Assembly (NCBI GenBank): GCA_964016885.1
Contig: OZ024741.1
Coordinates: 215,822,001 to 215,886,000 of the forward strand
Direction of reading: 5' to 3'
Length of the DNA: 64,000 bases
Origin: Eledone cirrhosa
Lineage: Eukaryota
Both the position numbers and the translations under genes were made by a program. Under the pieces are notes generated by a model that was not told the DNA's origin, made no database searches, and was given only the letters and a program-made list of their open reading frames with translations. Positions within the stretch are counted from its first letter, which is position 1. Each line of letters begins with the position of its first letter. Below are positions 30,001-44,055 of this stretch, piece by piece.

Positions 30001-33000
30001 TCTAATGACTGAAACCAGTAAAACAGTAGTGCCCCAGCATGGTCACAATCTAATGACTGAAACCAGTAAAACAGTACTGCCCCAGCATGGCCACAATCTA
30101 ATGACTGAAACCAGTAAAACAGTAGTGCCCCAGCATGACCACAATCTAATGACTGAAACCAGTAAAACAGTAGTGCCCCAGCATGGCCACAATCTAATGA
30201 CTGAAACCAGTAAAACAGTAGTGCCCCAGCATGGCCACAATCTAATGACTGAAACCAGTAAAACAGTACTGCCCCAGCATGGCCACAATATAATGACTGA
30301 AACCAGTAAAACAGTACTGCCCCAGCATGGCCACAATCTAATGACTGAAACCAGTTAAACAGTAGTGCCCCAGCATGGCCTCAATCTAATGACTGAAACC
30401 AGTAAAACAGTACTGCCCCAGCATGGCCACAATCTAATGACTGAAACCAGTAAAACAGTAGTGCCCCAGCATGGCCACAATCTAAGGACTGAAACCAGTA
30501 AAACAGTACTGCCCCAGCATGGCCACAATCTAATGACTGAAACCAGTAAAACAGTAGTGCCCCAGCATGGCCACACTCTAATGACTGAAACCAGTAAAAC
30601 AGTACTGCCCCAGCATGGCCACAATCTAATGACTGAAACCAGTAAAACAGTACTGCCCCAGCATGGTCACAATCTAATGACTGAAACCTGTAAAACAGTA
30701 CTGCCCCAACATGGCCACAATCTAATGACTGAAACCAGTAAAACAGTAGTGCCCCAGCATGGTCACAATCTAATGACTGAAACCTGTAAAACAGTACTGC
30801 CCCAGCATGGCCACAATCTAATGACTGAAACCAGTAAAACAGTACTGCCCCAGCATGGCCACAATCTAATGACTGAAACCAGTAAAACAGTAGTGCCCCA
30901 GCATGGCCACAATCTAATGACTGAAACCAGTAAAACAGTAGTGCCCCAGCATGGCCACAATCTAATAACTGAAACCAGTAAAACAGTAGTGCCCCAGCAT
31001 GGCCACAATCTAATGACTGAAACCAGTAAAACAGTAGTGCCCCAGCATGGCCACAATCTAATAACTGAAACCGGTAAAACAGTAGTGCCCCAGCATTGCC
31101 ACAATCTAATGACTGAAACATGTAAAACAGTAGTGCCCCAGCATGGCCACAATCTAATGACTGAAACCAGTAAAACAGTAGTGCCCCAGCATGGCCACAA
31201 TCTAATGACTGAAACCAGTAAAACAGTAGTGCCCCAGCATGGCCACAATCTAATGACTGAAACCAGTAAAACAGTAGTGCCCCAGCATGGCCACAATCTA
31301 ATGACTGAAACCAGTAAAACAGTACTGCCCCAGCATGGCCACAATCTAATGACTGAAACCAGTAAAACAGTAGTGCCCCAGCATGGTCACAATCTAATGA
31401 CTGAAACCAGTAAAACAGTACTGCCCCAGCATGGCCACAATCTAATGACTGAAACCAGTAAAACAGTACTGCCCCAGCATGGCCACAATCTAATGACTGA
31501 AACCAGTAAAACAGTAGTGCCCCAGCATGACCACAATCTAATGACTGAAACCAGTAAAACAGTAGTGCCCCAGCATGGCCACAATCTAATGACTGAAACC
31601 AGTAAAACAGTAGTGCCCCAGCATGGCCACAATCTAATGACTGAAACCAGTAAAACAGTAGTGCCCCAGCATGGCCACAACAAATGACTGAAACCAGTAA
31701 AACAGTACTGCCCCAGTATGGCCACAATCTAATGACTGAAACCAGTAAAACAGTAGTGCCCCAGCATGGCCACAATCTAATGACTGAAACCAGTAAAACA
31801 GTACTGCCCCAGCATGGCCACAATCTAATGACTGAAACCAGTAAAACAGTACTGCCCCAGCATGGCCACAATCTATTGACTGAAACCAGTAAAACAGTAG
31901 TGCCCCAGCATGGCCACAATCTAATGACTGAAACCAGTAAAACAGTACTGCCCCAGCATGGCCACAATCTAATGACTGAAACCAGTAAAACAGTAGTGCC
32001 CCAGCATGGCCACAATCTAATAACTGAAACCAGTAAAACAGTACTGCCCCAGCATGGCCACAATCTAATGACTGAAACCAGTAAAACAGTAGTGCCCCAG
32101 CATGGCCACAATCTAATGACTGAAACCAGTAAAACAGTACTGCCCCAGCATGGCCACAATCTAATGACTGAAACCAGTAAAACAGTAGTGCCCCAGCATG
32201 GCCACAATCTAATGACTGAAACCAGTAAAACAGTAGTGCCCCAGCATGGCCACAATCTAATGACTGAAACCAGTAAAACAGTAGTGCCCCAGCATGACCA
32301 CAATCTAATGACTGAAACCAGTAAAACAGTAGTGCCCCAGCATGGCCACAATCTAATGACTGAAACCAGTAAAACAGTACTGCCCCAGCATGGCCACAAT
32401 CTAATAACTGAAACCAGTAAAACAGTACTGCCCCAGCATGGCCACAATCTAATGACTGAAACCAGTAAAACAGTAGTGCCCCAGCATGGCCACAATCTAA
32501 TGACTGAAACCAGTAAAACAGTACTGCCCCAGCATGGCCACAATCTAATGACTGAAACCAGTAAAACAGTACTGCCCCAGCATGGCCACAATCTAATGAC
32601 TGAAACCGGTAAAACAGTACTGCCCCAGCATGGCCACAATCTAATGACTGAAACCAGTAAAACAGTACTGCCCCAGCATGGCCACAATCTAATGACTGAA
32701 ACCAGTAAAACAGTAGTGCCCCAGCATGGTCACAATCTAATGACTGAAACCAGTAAAACAGTAGTGCCCCAGCATGGCCACAATCTAATAACTGAAACCA
32801 GTAAAACAGTAGTGCCCCAGCATGGCCACAATCTAATGACTGAAACCAGTAAAACAGTACTGCCCCAGCATGGCCACAATCTAATGACTGAAACCAGTAA
32901 AACAGTACTGCCCCAGCATGGCCACAATCTAATGACTGAAACCAGTAAAACAGTAGTGCCCCAGCATGGCCACAATCTAATAACTGAAACCAGTAAAACA

Positions 33001-36000
33001 GTAGTGCCCCAGCATGGCCACAATCTAATGACTGAAACCAGTAAAACAGTACTGCCCCAGCATGGCCACAATCTAATGACTGAAACCAGTAAAACAGTAG
33101 TGCCCCAGCATGGCCACAATCTAATGACTGAAACCAGTAAAACAGTAGTGCCCCAGCATGGCCACAATCTAATGACTGAAACCAGTAAAACAGTAGTGCC
33201 CCAGCATGGCCACAATCTAATGACTGAAACCAGTAAAACAGTACTGCCCCAGCATGGCCACAATCTAATGACTGAAACCAGTAAAACAGTACTGCCCCAG
33301 CATGGTCACAATCTAATGACTGAAACCAGTAAAACAGTACTGCCCCAGCATGGTCACAATCTAATGACTGAAACCAGTAAAACAGTACTGCCCCAGCATG
33401 GTCACAATCTAATGACTGAAACCAGTAAAACAGTACTGCCCCAGCATGGTCACAATCTAATGACTGAAACCAGTAAAACAGTACTGCCCCAGCATGGTCA
33501 CAATCTAATGACTGAAACCAGTAAAACAGTACTGCCCCAGCATGGCCACAATCTAATGACTGAAACCAGTAAAACAGTACTGCCCCAGCATGGCCACAAT
33601 CTATTGACTGAAACCAGTAAAACAGTACTGCCCCAGCATGGCCACAATCTAATGACTGAAACCAGTAAAACAGTACTGCCCCAGCATGGCCACAATCTAA
33701 TGACTGAAACCAGTAAAACAGTAGTGCCCCAGCATGGCCACAATCTAATGACTGAAACCAGTAAAACAGTAGTGCCCCAGCATGGCCACAATCTAATGAC
33801 TGAAACCAGTAAAACAGTAGTGCCCCAGCATGGTCACAATCTAATGACTGAAACCAGTAAAACAGTAGTGCCCCAGCATGGCCACAATCTAATGACTGAA
33901 ACCACTAAAACAGTAGTGCCCCAGCATGGCCACAATCTAATGACTGAAACCAGTAAAACAGTACTACCCCAGCATGGCCACAATCTAATGACTGAAACCA
34001 GTAAAACAGTACTGCCCCAGCATGGCCACAATCTAATGACTGAAACCAGGAAAACAGTACTGCCCCAGCATGGCCAAAATCTAATGACTGAAACCAGTAA
34101 AACAGTAGTGCCCCAGCATGGTCACAATCTAATGACTGAAACCAGTAAAACAGTAGTGCCCCAGCATGGCCACAATCTAATGACTGAAACCAGTAAAACA
34201 GTAGTGACCCAGCATGGCCACAATCTAATGACTGAAACCAGTAAAACAGTACTGCCCCAGCATGGCCACAATCTAATGACTGAAACCAGTAAAACAGTAC
34301 TGCCCCAGCATGGCCACAATCTAATGACTGAAACCAGTAAAACAGTACTGCCCCAGCATGGCCACAATCTAATGACTGAAACCAGTAAAACAGTAGTGCC
34401 CCAGCATGGTCACAATCTAATGACTGAAACCAGTAAAACAGTAGTGCCCCAGCATGGCCACAATCTAATGACTGAAACCAGTAAAACAGTAGTGCCCCAG
34501 CATGGCCACAATCTAATGACTGAAACCAGTAAAACAGTACTGCCCCAGCATGGCCACAATCTAATGACTGAAACCAGTAAAACAGTACTGCCCCAGCATG
34601 GCCACAATCTAATGCCTGAAACCAGTAAAACAGTACTGCCCCAGCATGGCCACAATCTAATGACTGAAACCAGTAAAACAGTAGTGCCCCAGCATGGTCA
34701 CAATCTAATGACTGAAACCAGTAAAACAGTAGTGCCCCAGCATGGCCACAATCTAATGACTGAAACCAGTAAAACAGTAGTGCCCCAGCATGGCCACAAT
34801 CAAATGACTGAAACCAGTAAAACAGTACTGCCCCAGCATTGCCACAATCTAATGACTGAAACCAGTAAAACAGTACTGCCCCAGCATGGCCACAATCTAA
34901 TGACTGAAACCAGTAAAACAGTAGTGCCCCAGCATGGCCACAATCTAATGACTGAAACCAGTAAAACAGTACTGCCCCAGCATGGCCACAATCTAATGAC
35001 TGAAACCAGTAAAACAGTACGGCCCCAGCATGGCCACAATCTAATGACTGAAACCAGTAAAACAGTAGTGCCCCAGCATGGCCACAATCTAATGACTGAA
35101 ACCAGTAAAACAGTACTGCCCCAGCATGACCACAATCTAATGACTGAAACCAGTAAAACAGTAGTGCCCCAGCATGGCCACAATCTAATGACTCAAACCA
35201 GTAAAACAGTACTGCCCCAGCATGGCCACAATCTACTGACTGAAACCAGTAAAACAGTACTGCCCCAGCATGGCCTCACTCTAATGACTGAAACCAGTAA
35301 AACAGTAGTGCCCCAGCATGGCCACAATCTAATGACTGAAACCAGTAAAACAGTAGTGCTCCAGCATGGCCACAATCTAATGACTGAAACCAGTAAAACA
35401 GTAGTGCCCCAGCATGGCCACAATCTAATGACTGAAACCAGTAAAACAGTAGTGCCCCAGCATGGCCACAATCTAATGACTGAAACCAGTAAAACAGTAG
35501 TGCCCCAGCATGGCCACAATCAAATGACTGAAACCAGTAAAACAGTACTGCCCCAGCATTGCCACAATCTAATGACTGAAACCAGTAAAACAGTACTGCC
35601 CCAGCATGGCCACAATCTAATGACTGAAACCAGTAAAACAGTAGTGCCCCAGCATGGCCACAATCTAATGACTGAAACCAGTAAAACAGTACTGCCCCAG
35701 CATGGCCACAATCTAATGACTGAAACCAGTAAAACAGTACGGCCCCAGCATGGCCACAATCTAATGACTGAAACCAGTAAAACAGTAGTGCCCCAGCATG
35801 GCCACAATCTAATGACTGAAACCAGTAAAACAGTACTGCCCCAGCATGACCACAATCTAATGACTGAAACCAGTAAAACAGTAGTGCCCCAGCATGGCCA
35901 CAATCTAATGACTCAAACCAGTAAAACAGTACTGCCCCAGCATGGCCACAATCTAATGACTGAAACCAGTAAAACAGTAGTGCCCCAGCATGGCCACAAT

Positions 36001-39000
36001 CTAATGACTGAAACCAGTAAAACAGTAGTGCCCCAGCATGGCCACAATCTAATGACTGAAACCAGTAAAACAGTAGTGCCCCAGCATGACCACAATCTAA
36101 TGACTGAAACCAGTAAAACAGTAGTGCCCCAGCATGGCCACAATCTAATGACTGAAACCAGTAAAACAGTAGTGCCCCAGCATGGCCACAATCTAATGAC
36201 TGAAACCAGTAAAACAGTAGTGCCCCAGCATGGCCACAATCTAATGACTGAAACCAGTAAAACAGTAGTGCCCCAGCATGGCCACAATCTAATGACTGAA
36301 ACCAGTAAAACAGTACTGCCCCAGCATGGCCACAATCTAATGACTGAAACCAGTAAAACAGTAGTGCCCCAGCATGGTCACAATCTAATGACTGAAACCA
36401 GTAAAACAGTAGTGCCCCAGCATGGTCACAATCTAATGACTGAAACCAGTAAAACAGTACTGCCCCAGCATGGCCACAATCTAATGACTGAAACCAGTAA
36501 AACAGTAGTGCCCCAGCATGGCCACAATCTAATGACTGAAACCAGTAAAACAGTAGTGCCCCAGCATGACCACAATCTAATGACTGAAACCAGTAAAACA
36601 GTAGTGCCCCAGCATGGCCACAATCTAATGACTGAAACCAGTAAAACAGTAGTGCCCCAGCATGGCCACAATCTAATGACTGAAACCAGTAAAACAGTAC
36701 TGCCCCAGCATGGCCACAATCCAATGACTGATACCAGTAAAACAGTAGTGCCCCAGCATGGCCACAATCTAATGACTGAAACCAGTAAAACAGTAGTGCC
36801 CCAGCATGGCCACACTCTAATGACTGAAACCAGTAAAACAGTACTGCCACAGCATGGCCACAATCTAATGACTGAAACCAGTAAAACAGTTGTGCCCCAG
36901 TATGGCCACAATCTAATGACTGAAACCAGTAAAACAGTACTGCCCCAGCATGGCCACAAGCTAATGACTGAAACCAGTAAAACAGTACTGCCCCAGCATG
37001 GCCACAATCTAATGACTGAAACCAGTAAAACAGTACTGCCCCAGCATGGCCACAATATAATGACTGAAACTAGTAATACAGTAGTGCCCCAGCATGGCCA
37101 CAATCTAATGACTGAAACCAGTAAAACAGTACTGCCCCAGCATGGCCACAATCTAATGACTGAAACCAGTAAAACAGTACTGCCCCAGCATGGTCACAAT
37201 CTAATGACTGAAACCAGTAAAACAGTAGTGCCCCAGCATGGCCACAATCTAATGACTGAAACCAGTAAAACAGTAGTGCCCCAGCATGGTCACAATCTAA
37301 TGACTGAAACCAGTAAAACAGTACTGCCCCAGCATGGCCACAATCTAATGACTGAAACCAGTAAAACAGTAGTGCCCCAGCATGGCCACAATCTAATGAC
37401 TGAAACCAGTAAAACAGTAGTGCCCCAGCATGGTCACAATCTAATGACTGAAACCAGTAAAACAGTACTGCCCCAGCATGGCCACAATCTAATGACTGAA
37501 ACCAGTAAAACAGTAGTGCCCCAGCATGACCACAATCTAATGACTGAAACCAGTAAAACAGTAGTGCCCCAGCATGGCCACAATCTAATGACTGAAACCA
37601 GTAAAACAGTAGTGCCCCAGCATGGCCACAATCTAATGACTGAAACCAGTAAAACAGTACTGCCCCAGCATGGCCACAATATAATGACTGAAACCAGTAA
37701 AACAGTACTGCCCCAGCATGGCCACAATCTAATGACTGAAACCAGTTAAACAGTAGTGCCCCAGCATGGCCTCAATCTAATGACTGAAACCAGTAAAACA
37801 GTACTGCCCCAGCATGGCCACAATCTAATGACTGAAACCAGTAAAACAGTAGTGCCCCAGCATGGCCACAATCTAAGGACTGAAACCAGTAAAACAGTAC
37901 TGCCCCAGCATGGCCACAATCTAATGACTGAAACCAGTAAAACAGTAGTGCCCCAGCATGGCCACACTCTAATGACTGAAACCAGTAAAACAGTACTGCC
38001 CCAGCATGGCCACAATCTAATGACTGAAACCAGTAAAACAGTACTGCCCCAGCATGGTCACAATCTAATGACTGAAACCTGTAAAACAGTACTGCCCCAA
38101 CATGGCCACAATCTAATGACTGAAACCAGTAAAACAGTAGTGCCCCAGCATGGTCACAATCTAATGACTGAAACCTGTAAAACAGTACTGCCCCAGCATG
38201 GCCACAATCTAATGACTGAAACCAGTAAAACAGTACTGCCCCAGCATGGCCACAATCTAATGACTGAAACCAGTAAAACAGTAGTGCCCCAGCATGGCCA
38301 CAATCTAATGACTGAAACCAGTAAAACAGTAGTGCCCCAGCATGGCCACAATCTAATAACTGAAACCAGTAAAACAGTAGTGCCCCAGCATGGCCACAAT
38401 CTAATGACTGAAACCAGTAAAACAGTAGTGCCCCAGCATGGCCACAATCTAATAACTGAAACCGGTAAAACAGTAGTGCCCCAGCATTGCCACAATCTAA
38501 TGACTGAAACATGTAAAACAGTAGTGCCCCAGCATGGCCACAATCTAATGACTGAAACCAGTAAAACAGTAGTGCCCCAGCATGGCCACAATCTAATGAC
38601 TGAAACCAGTAAAACAGTAGTGCCCCAGCATGGCCACAATCTAATGACTGAAACCAGTAAAACAGTAGTGCCCCAGCATGGCCACAATCTAATGACTGAA
38701 ACCAGTAAAACAGTACTGCCCCAGCATGGCCACAATCTAATGACTGAAACCAGTAAAACAGTAGTGCCCCAGCATGGTCACAATCTAATGACTGAAACCA
38801 GTAAAACAGTACTGCCCCAGCATGGCCACAATCTAATGACTGAAACCAGTAAAACAGTACTGCCCCAGCATGGCCACAATCTAATGACTGAAACCAGTAA
38901 AACAGTAGTGCCCCAGCATGACCACAATCTAATGACTGAAACCAGTAAAACAGTAGTGCCCCAGCATGGCCACAATCTAATGACTGAAACCAGTAAAACA

Positions 39001-42000
39001 GTAGTGCCCCAGCATGGCCACAATCTAATGACTGAAACCAGTAAAACAGTAGTGCCCCAGCATGGCCACAACAAATGACTGAAACCAGTAAAACAGTACT
39101 GCCCCAGTATGGCCACAATCTAATGACTGAAACCAGTAAAACAGTAGTGCCCCAGCATGGCCACAATCTAATGACTGAAACCAGTAAAACAGTACTGCCC
39201 CAGCATGGCCACAATCTAATGACTGAAACCAGTAAAACAGTACTGCCCCAGCATGGCCACAATCTATTGACTGAAACCAGTAAAACAGTAGTGCCCCAGC
39301 ATGGCCACAATCTAATGACTGAAACCAGTAAAACAGTACTGCCCCAGCATGGCCACAATCTAATGACTGAAACCAGTAAAACAGTAGTGCCCCAGCATGG
39401 CCACAATCTAATAACTGAAACCAGTAAAACAGTACTGCCCCAGCATGGCCACAATCTAATGACTGAAACCAGTAAAACAGTAGTGCCCCAGCATGGCCAC
39501 AATCTAATGACTGAAACCAGTAAAACAGTACTGCCCCAGCATGGCCACAATCTAATGACTGAAACCAGTAAAACAGTAGTGCCCCAGCATGGCCACAATC
39601 TAATGACTGAAACCAGTAAAACAGTAGTGCCCCAGCATGGCCACAATCTAATGACTGAAACCAGTAAAACAGTAGTGCCCCAGCATGACCACAATCTAAT
39701 GACTGAAACCAGTAAAACAGTAGTGCCCCAGCATGGCCACAATCTAATGACTGAAACCAGTAAAACAGTACTGCCCCAGCATGGCCACAATCTAATAACT
39801 GAAACCAGTAAAACAGTACTGCCCCAGCATGGCCACAATCTAATGACTGAAACCAGTAAAACAGTAGTGCCCCAGCATGGCCACAATCTAATGACTGAAA
39901 CCAGTAAAACAGTACTGCCCCAGCATGGCCACAATCTAATGACTGAAACCAGTAAAACAGTACTGCCCCAGCATGGCCACAATCTAATGACTGAAACCGG
40001 TAAAACAGTACTGCCCCAGCATGGCCACAATCTAATGACTGAAACCAGTAAAACAGTACTGCCCCAGCATGGCCACAATCTAATGACTGAAACCAGTAAA
40101 ACAGTAGTGCCCCAGCATGGTCACAATCTAATGACTGAAACCAGTAAAACAGTAGTGCCCCAGCATGGCCACAATCTAATAACTGAAACCAGTAAAACAG
40201 TAGTGCCCCAGCATGGCCACAATCTAATGACTGAAACCAGTAAAACAGTACTGCCCCAGCATGGCCACAATCTAATGACTGAAACCAGTAAAACAGTACT
40301 GCCCCAGCATGGCCACAATCTAATGACTGAAACCAGTAAAACAGTAGTGCCCCAGCATGGCCACAATCTAATTACTGAAACCAGTAAAACAGTAGTGCCC
40401 CAGCATGGCCACAATCTAATGACTGAAACCAGTAAAACAGTACTGCCCCAGCATGGCCACAATCTAATGACTGAAACCAGTAAAACAGTAGTGCCCCAGC
40501 ATGGCCACAATCTAATGACTGAAACCAGTAAAACAGTAGTGCCCCAGCATGGCCACAATCTAATGACTGAAACCAGTAAAACAGTACTGCCCCAGCATGG
40601 CCACAATCTAATGACTGAAACCAGTAAAACAGTACTGCCCCAGCATGGTCACAATCTAATGACTGAAACCAGTAAAACAGTACTGCCCCAGCATGGTCAC
40701 AATCTAATGACTGAAACCAGTAAAACAGTACTGCCCCAGCATGGTCACAATCTAATGACTGAAACCAGTAAAACAGTACTGCCCCAGCATGGTCACAATC
40801 TAATGACTGAAACCAGTAAAACAGTACTGCCCCAGCATGGTCACAATCTAATGACTGAAACCAGTAAAACAGTACTGCCCCAGCATGGCCACAATCTAAT
40901 GACTGAAACCAGTAAAACAGTACTGCCCCAGCATGGCCACAATCTATTGACTGAAACCAGTAAAACAGTAGTGCCCCAGCATGGCCACAATCTAATGACT
41001 GAAACCAGTAAAACAGTACTGCCCCAGCATGGCCACAATCTAATGACTGAAACCAGTAAAACAGTAGTGCCCCAGCATGGCCACAATCTAATAACTGAAA
41101 CCAGTAAAACAGTACTGCCCCAGCATGGCCACAATCTAATAACTGAAACCAGTAAAACAGTACTGCCCCAGCATGGCCACAATCTAATGACTGAAACCAG
41201 TAAAACAGTACTGCCCCAGCATGGCCACAATCTAATGACTGAAACCAGTAAAACAGTACTGCCCCAGCATGGCCACACTCTAATGACTGAAACCAGTAAA
41301 ACAGTAGTGCCCCAGCATGGCCACAATCTAATGACTGAAACCAGTAAAACAGTACTGCCCCAGCATGGCCACACTCTAATGACTGAAACCAGTAAAACAG
41401 TAGTGCCCCAGCATGGCCACAATCTAATGACTGAAACCAGTAAAACAGTACTGCCCCAGCATGGCCACACTCTAATGACTGAAACCAGTAAAACAGTAGT
41501 GCCCCAGCATGGCCACAATCTAATGACTGAAACCAGTAAAACAGTAGTGCCCCAGCATGGCCACAATCTAATGACTGAAACCAGTAAAACAGTAGTGCCC
41601 CAGCATGGCCACAATCTAATGACTGAAACCAGTAAAACAGTAGTGCCCCAGCATGGCCACAATCTAATGACTGAAACCAGTAAAACAGTACTGCCCCAGC
41701 ATGGCCACAATCTAATGACTGAAACCAGTAAAACAGTAGTGCCCCAGCATGGCCACAATCTAATGACTGAAACCAGTAAAACAGTAGTGCCCCAGCATGG
41801 CCACAATCTAATGACTGAAACCAGTAAAACAGTAGTGCCCCAGCATGACCACAATCTAATGACTGAAACCAGTAAAACAGTACTGCCCCAGCATGGCCAC
41901 AATCTAATGACTGAAACCAGTAAAACAGTACTGCCCCAGCATGGCCACAATCTAATGACTGAAACCAGTAAAACAGTACTGCCCCAGCATGGCCACAATC
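1..42000. repeat. 48-bp tandem satellite array, about 875 monomers; consensus TCTAATGACTGAAACCAGTAAAACAGTA(G/C)TGCCCCAGCATGG(C/T)CACAA
   Basis: Monomer read directly throughout. Only six 1-bp indels seen (+1 at ~990 and ~13614; -1 at ~12002, ~23267, ~31681, ~39071). Ends abruptly at 42000 and continues past the left window edge. Confidence 0.99.
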
Positions 42001-42521
42001 CATAAACTAAAGAAGTAAATAAATCTAAAAGACTAAAAACTATCGGAAGTCAAAATATTTCTATTAAGATTTTGCTTTGAAATTTTCCTAAAAACTACAC
42101 CCAATTCCGCGTTTTAATCGTTAATGGATTAGACGCGGCTGATCAGTTAATTTTAATAGGAAATAGATTCTTAAATGGTTTCGGGTGGTGATGAAGAAGT
42201 AGAAGGCATCTTCTCTTTTGTTTCCCCTTATTTCTTCCCCTAAATTGCACTTGTTGCATTAGCATTAGCATCAAATCTTAAAAATATGAAACACGAAAGA
42301 AGCACCAAACTGAAAATGAATACTCCGCCCTCTACACACCACCACCACCTCCACCCTACAAAATATTGCAGTTTTCCCGACTTCTGCCCTTTAAAGCTAT
42401 TTATATTTTAACCACGTTGAAAATGTTCTCTTACACGGAGAATTAAACTTCAATAATTATTTCCTTCTTCATAACAACAACAATAACAACAAAAACTACG
42501 ATAGTTAATAGTTGTAATAAT

Positions 42522-43868
42522 ATTAATGGTTTCTGGTTTAGGTACGAGGCCAGCGTTTTGGAAGAAGGGGAAAGACGATAAACTGACCCAAGTGCATTAC
42601 TGGTACCTTATTTTATCGACCCAGTAAGAATTAAAAGTAAATCCAACTTCGGCGGGAGGCCAGCGATTTGGGAGAAGGGGAAAGTCGATAAACTGACCTC
42701 AGTGCATTACTGGTACTTTATTTTATCGACCCAGTAAGAATTAAAAGTAAAGCCAACTTCGGCGGGATTTGAACTCAGAATGTAAAAAAGCGATAAATGT
42801 ATGACGCTATGCATGGTATACGGCGTTCTACCGATTCTGCCAATCCACCATCCTAACACTAATAAAAAGAATGGTTTTTGATTTAAGCACAAGGTCAGAA
42901 ATTTGGGGTAGGGGAAACTTGGTGTAAATCGACCCCAGTGCATTACTAGTGCTTTATTCTATCGAGAGCCCCGTAAGGATGAAAAGTAAAAATAACTTCG
43001 GCAGGATTTGAACTCAGAACGTAAAGGGCCGTAACTCTATGTCGCGAAGCATGTTGTCCAACTCCCTACTCATACTGCCAATAATAATAATGTTTCTTGA
43101 TTTAAGCACAAAGCCAGCAATTTTGGGGGGATGAGAAAGTCGATTAATCGACTCCAGTACATTACTGGTACTTTATTTTATCGACTACGTAAGCATGAAA
43201 GGCAAAGTTAAACTCGGCGGGATTTGAACTCAAAATGTCCGTAACTCTATGCGTCAAAGCATGGCATCCGACCCTCTATCGATACTGCCAATCCACCGCC
43301 CCTTAATAACACTAATAATAATTATTATTTCTGCATTTAGGCACAAGGCCAGCAATTACCCAGTGCATTACTGGTACTTTATTTTATCGACCCCGTAAGG
43401 ATGAAAGGCAAAGTCAACCTCGGCGGGATTTGAACTCAAACCGTAAAGGGATGTAACTATGCTGGAAAGCATGGCGTCCAACCCTCTACCGATACTGCCA
43501 ATTCACCGCCCATAATAAAAATAATGGCTTCTTATATAGGCACAAGGCCAGCAATTTTGGGGGAGGGGGAAAGTCGATTAAATCGATCCCAGTGTGTGAC
43601 TGGTACTTTATTTTATCGACCCCGTAAGGATGAAAGGCAAAGTTAACCTCGGCGGGATTTGAACTCAGACCGTAAAGGGCCGTAACGCTTTGCTGCAAAG
43701 CATGGCGTTAGACCCTCTACCGATACTGCCAATCCACCGCCCATAATAATAATAGTTTCTACTTTAGGCACAAGGCCAGCAATTAACCAGTGCATTACTG
43801 GTACTTTATCTTATAGACCTCCGTAAGGATGAAAGGCAAAGTCAACCTCGGCGGGATTTGAACTCAGA
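42522..43868 (-). mobile_element. Head-to-tail array of about six tRNA-derived SINE copies (~230 bp each, some partial or internally deleted)
   Basis: Recurrent unit that on the minus strand reads GGCGGTGGATTGGCAGTATCGG (A-box-like)...GAGTTCAAATCCCGCC (B-box)...TTTGCCTTTCATCCTTACGGGGTCGATAAAATAAAGTACCAGT...GGCCTTGTGCCT...(ATT)n. Copies at about 42522-42850, 42860-43080, 43081-43300, 43310-43511, 43512-43742, 43743-43868. Resembles octopus CORE-type SINEs (from recall). Confidence 0.85.
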
Positions 43869-44055
43869 TCAATAGCAAAATGGTGGTTGTGGGTTGTTTA
43901 CAAGTGTCTGTTCGAAAGGTAAAGATATTTAGTAATAGAAGCCTTCTAAATATTTCATTTTAATACACATTATTTGAATATTTATATTAATAATAGATAG
44001 GACTGACGGCAGAGAGTTGAAAGAATCGGTAATATTGAAGTGTGTCTTGTGGTTA

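Noticed and set aside
196-36000. AP-1-like TGACTCA sites in variant monomers
   Set aside because: A single-base variant of TGACTGA spread by block duplication; no evidence of function.
1-42000. CRISPR array
   Set aside because: No unique spacers, no cas genes, eukaryotic context.
5-42005. Giant repetitive protein gene (mucin-like or His-rich) from the long ORFs
   Set aside because: ORFs occur on both strands, have no unique N- or C-terminal domain, and their stops and frameshifts are propagated by duplication. Best explained as satellite DNA.
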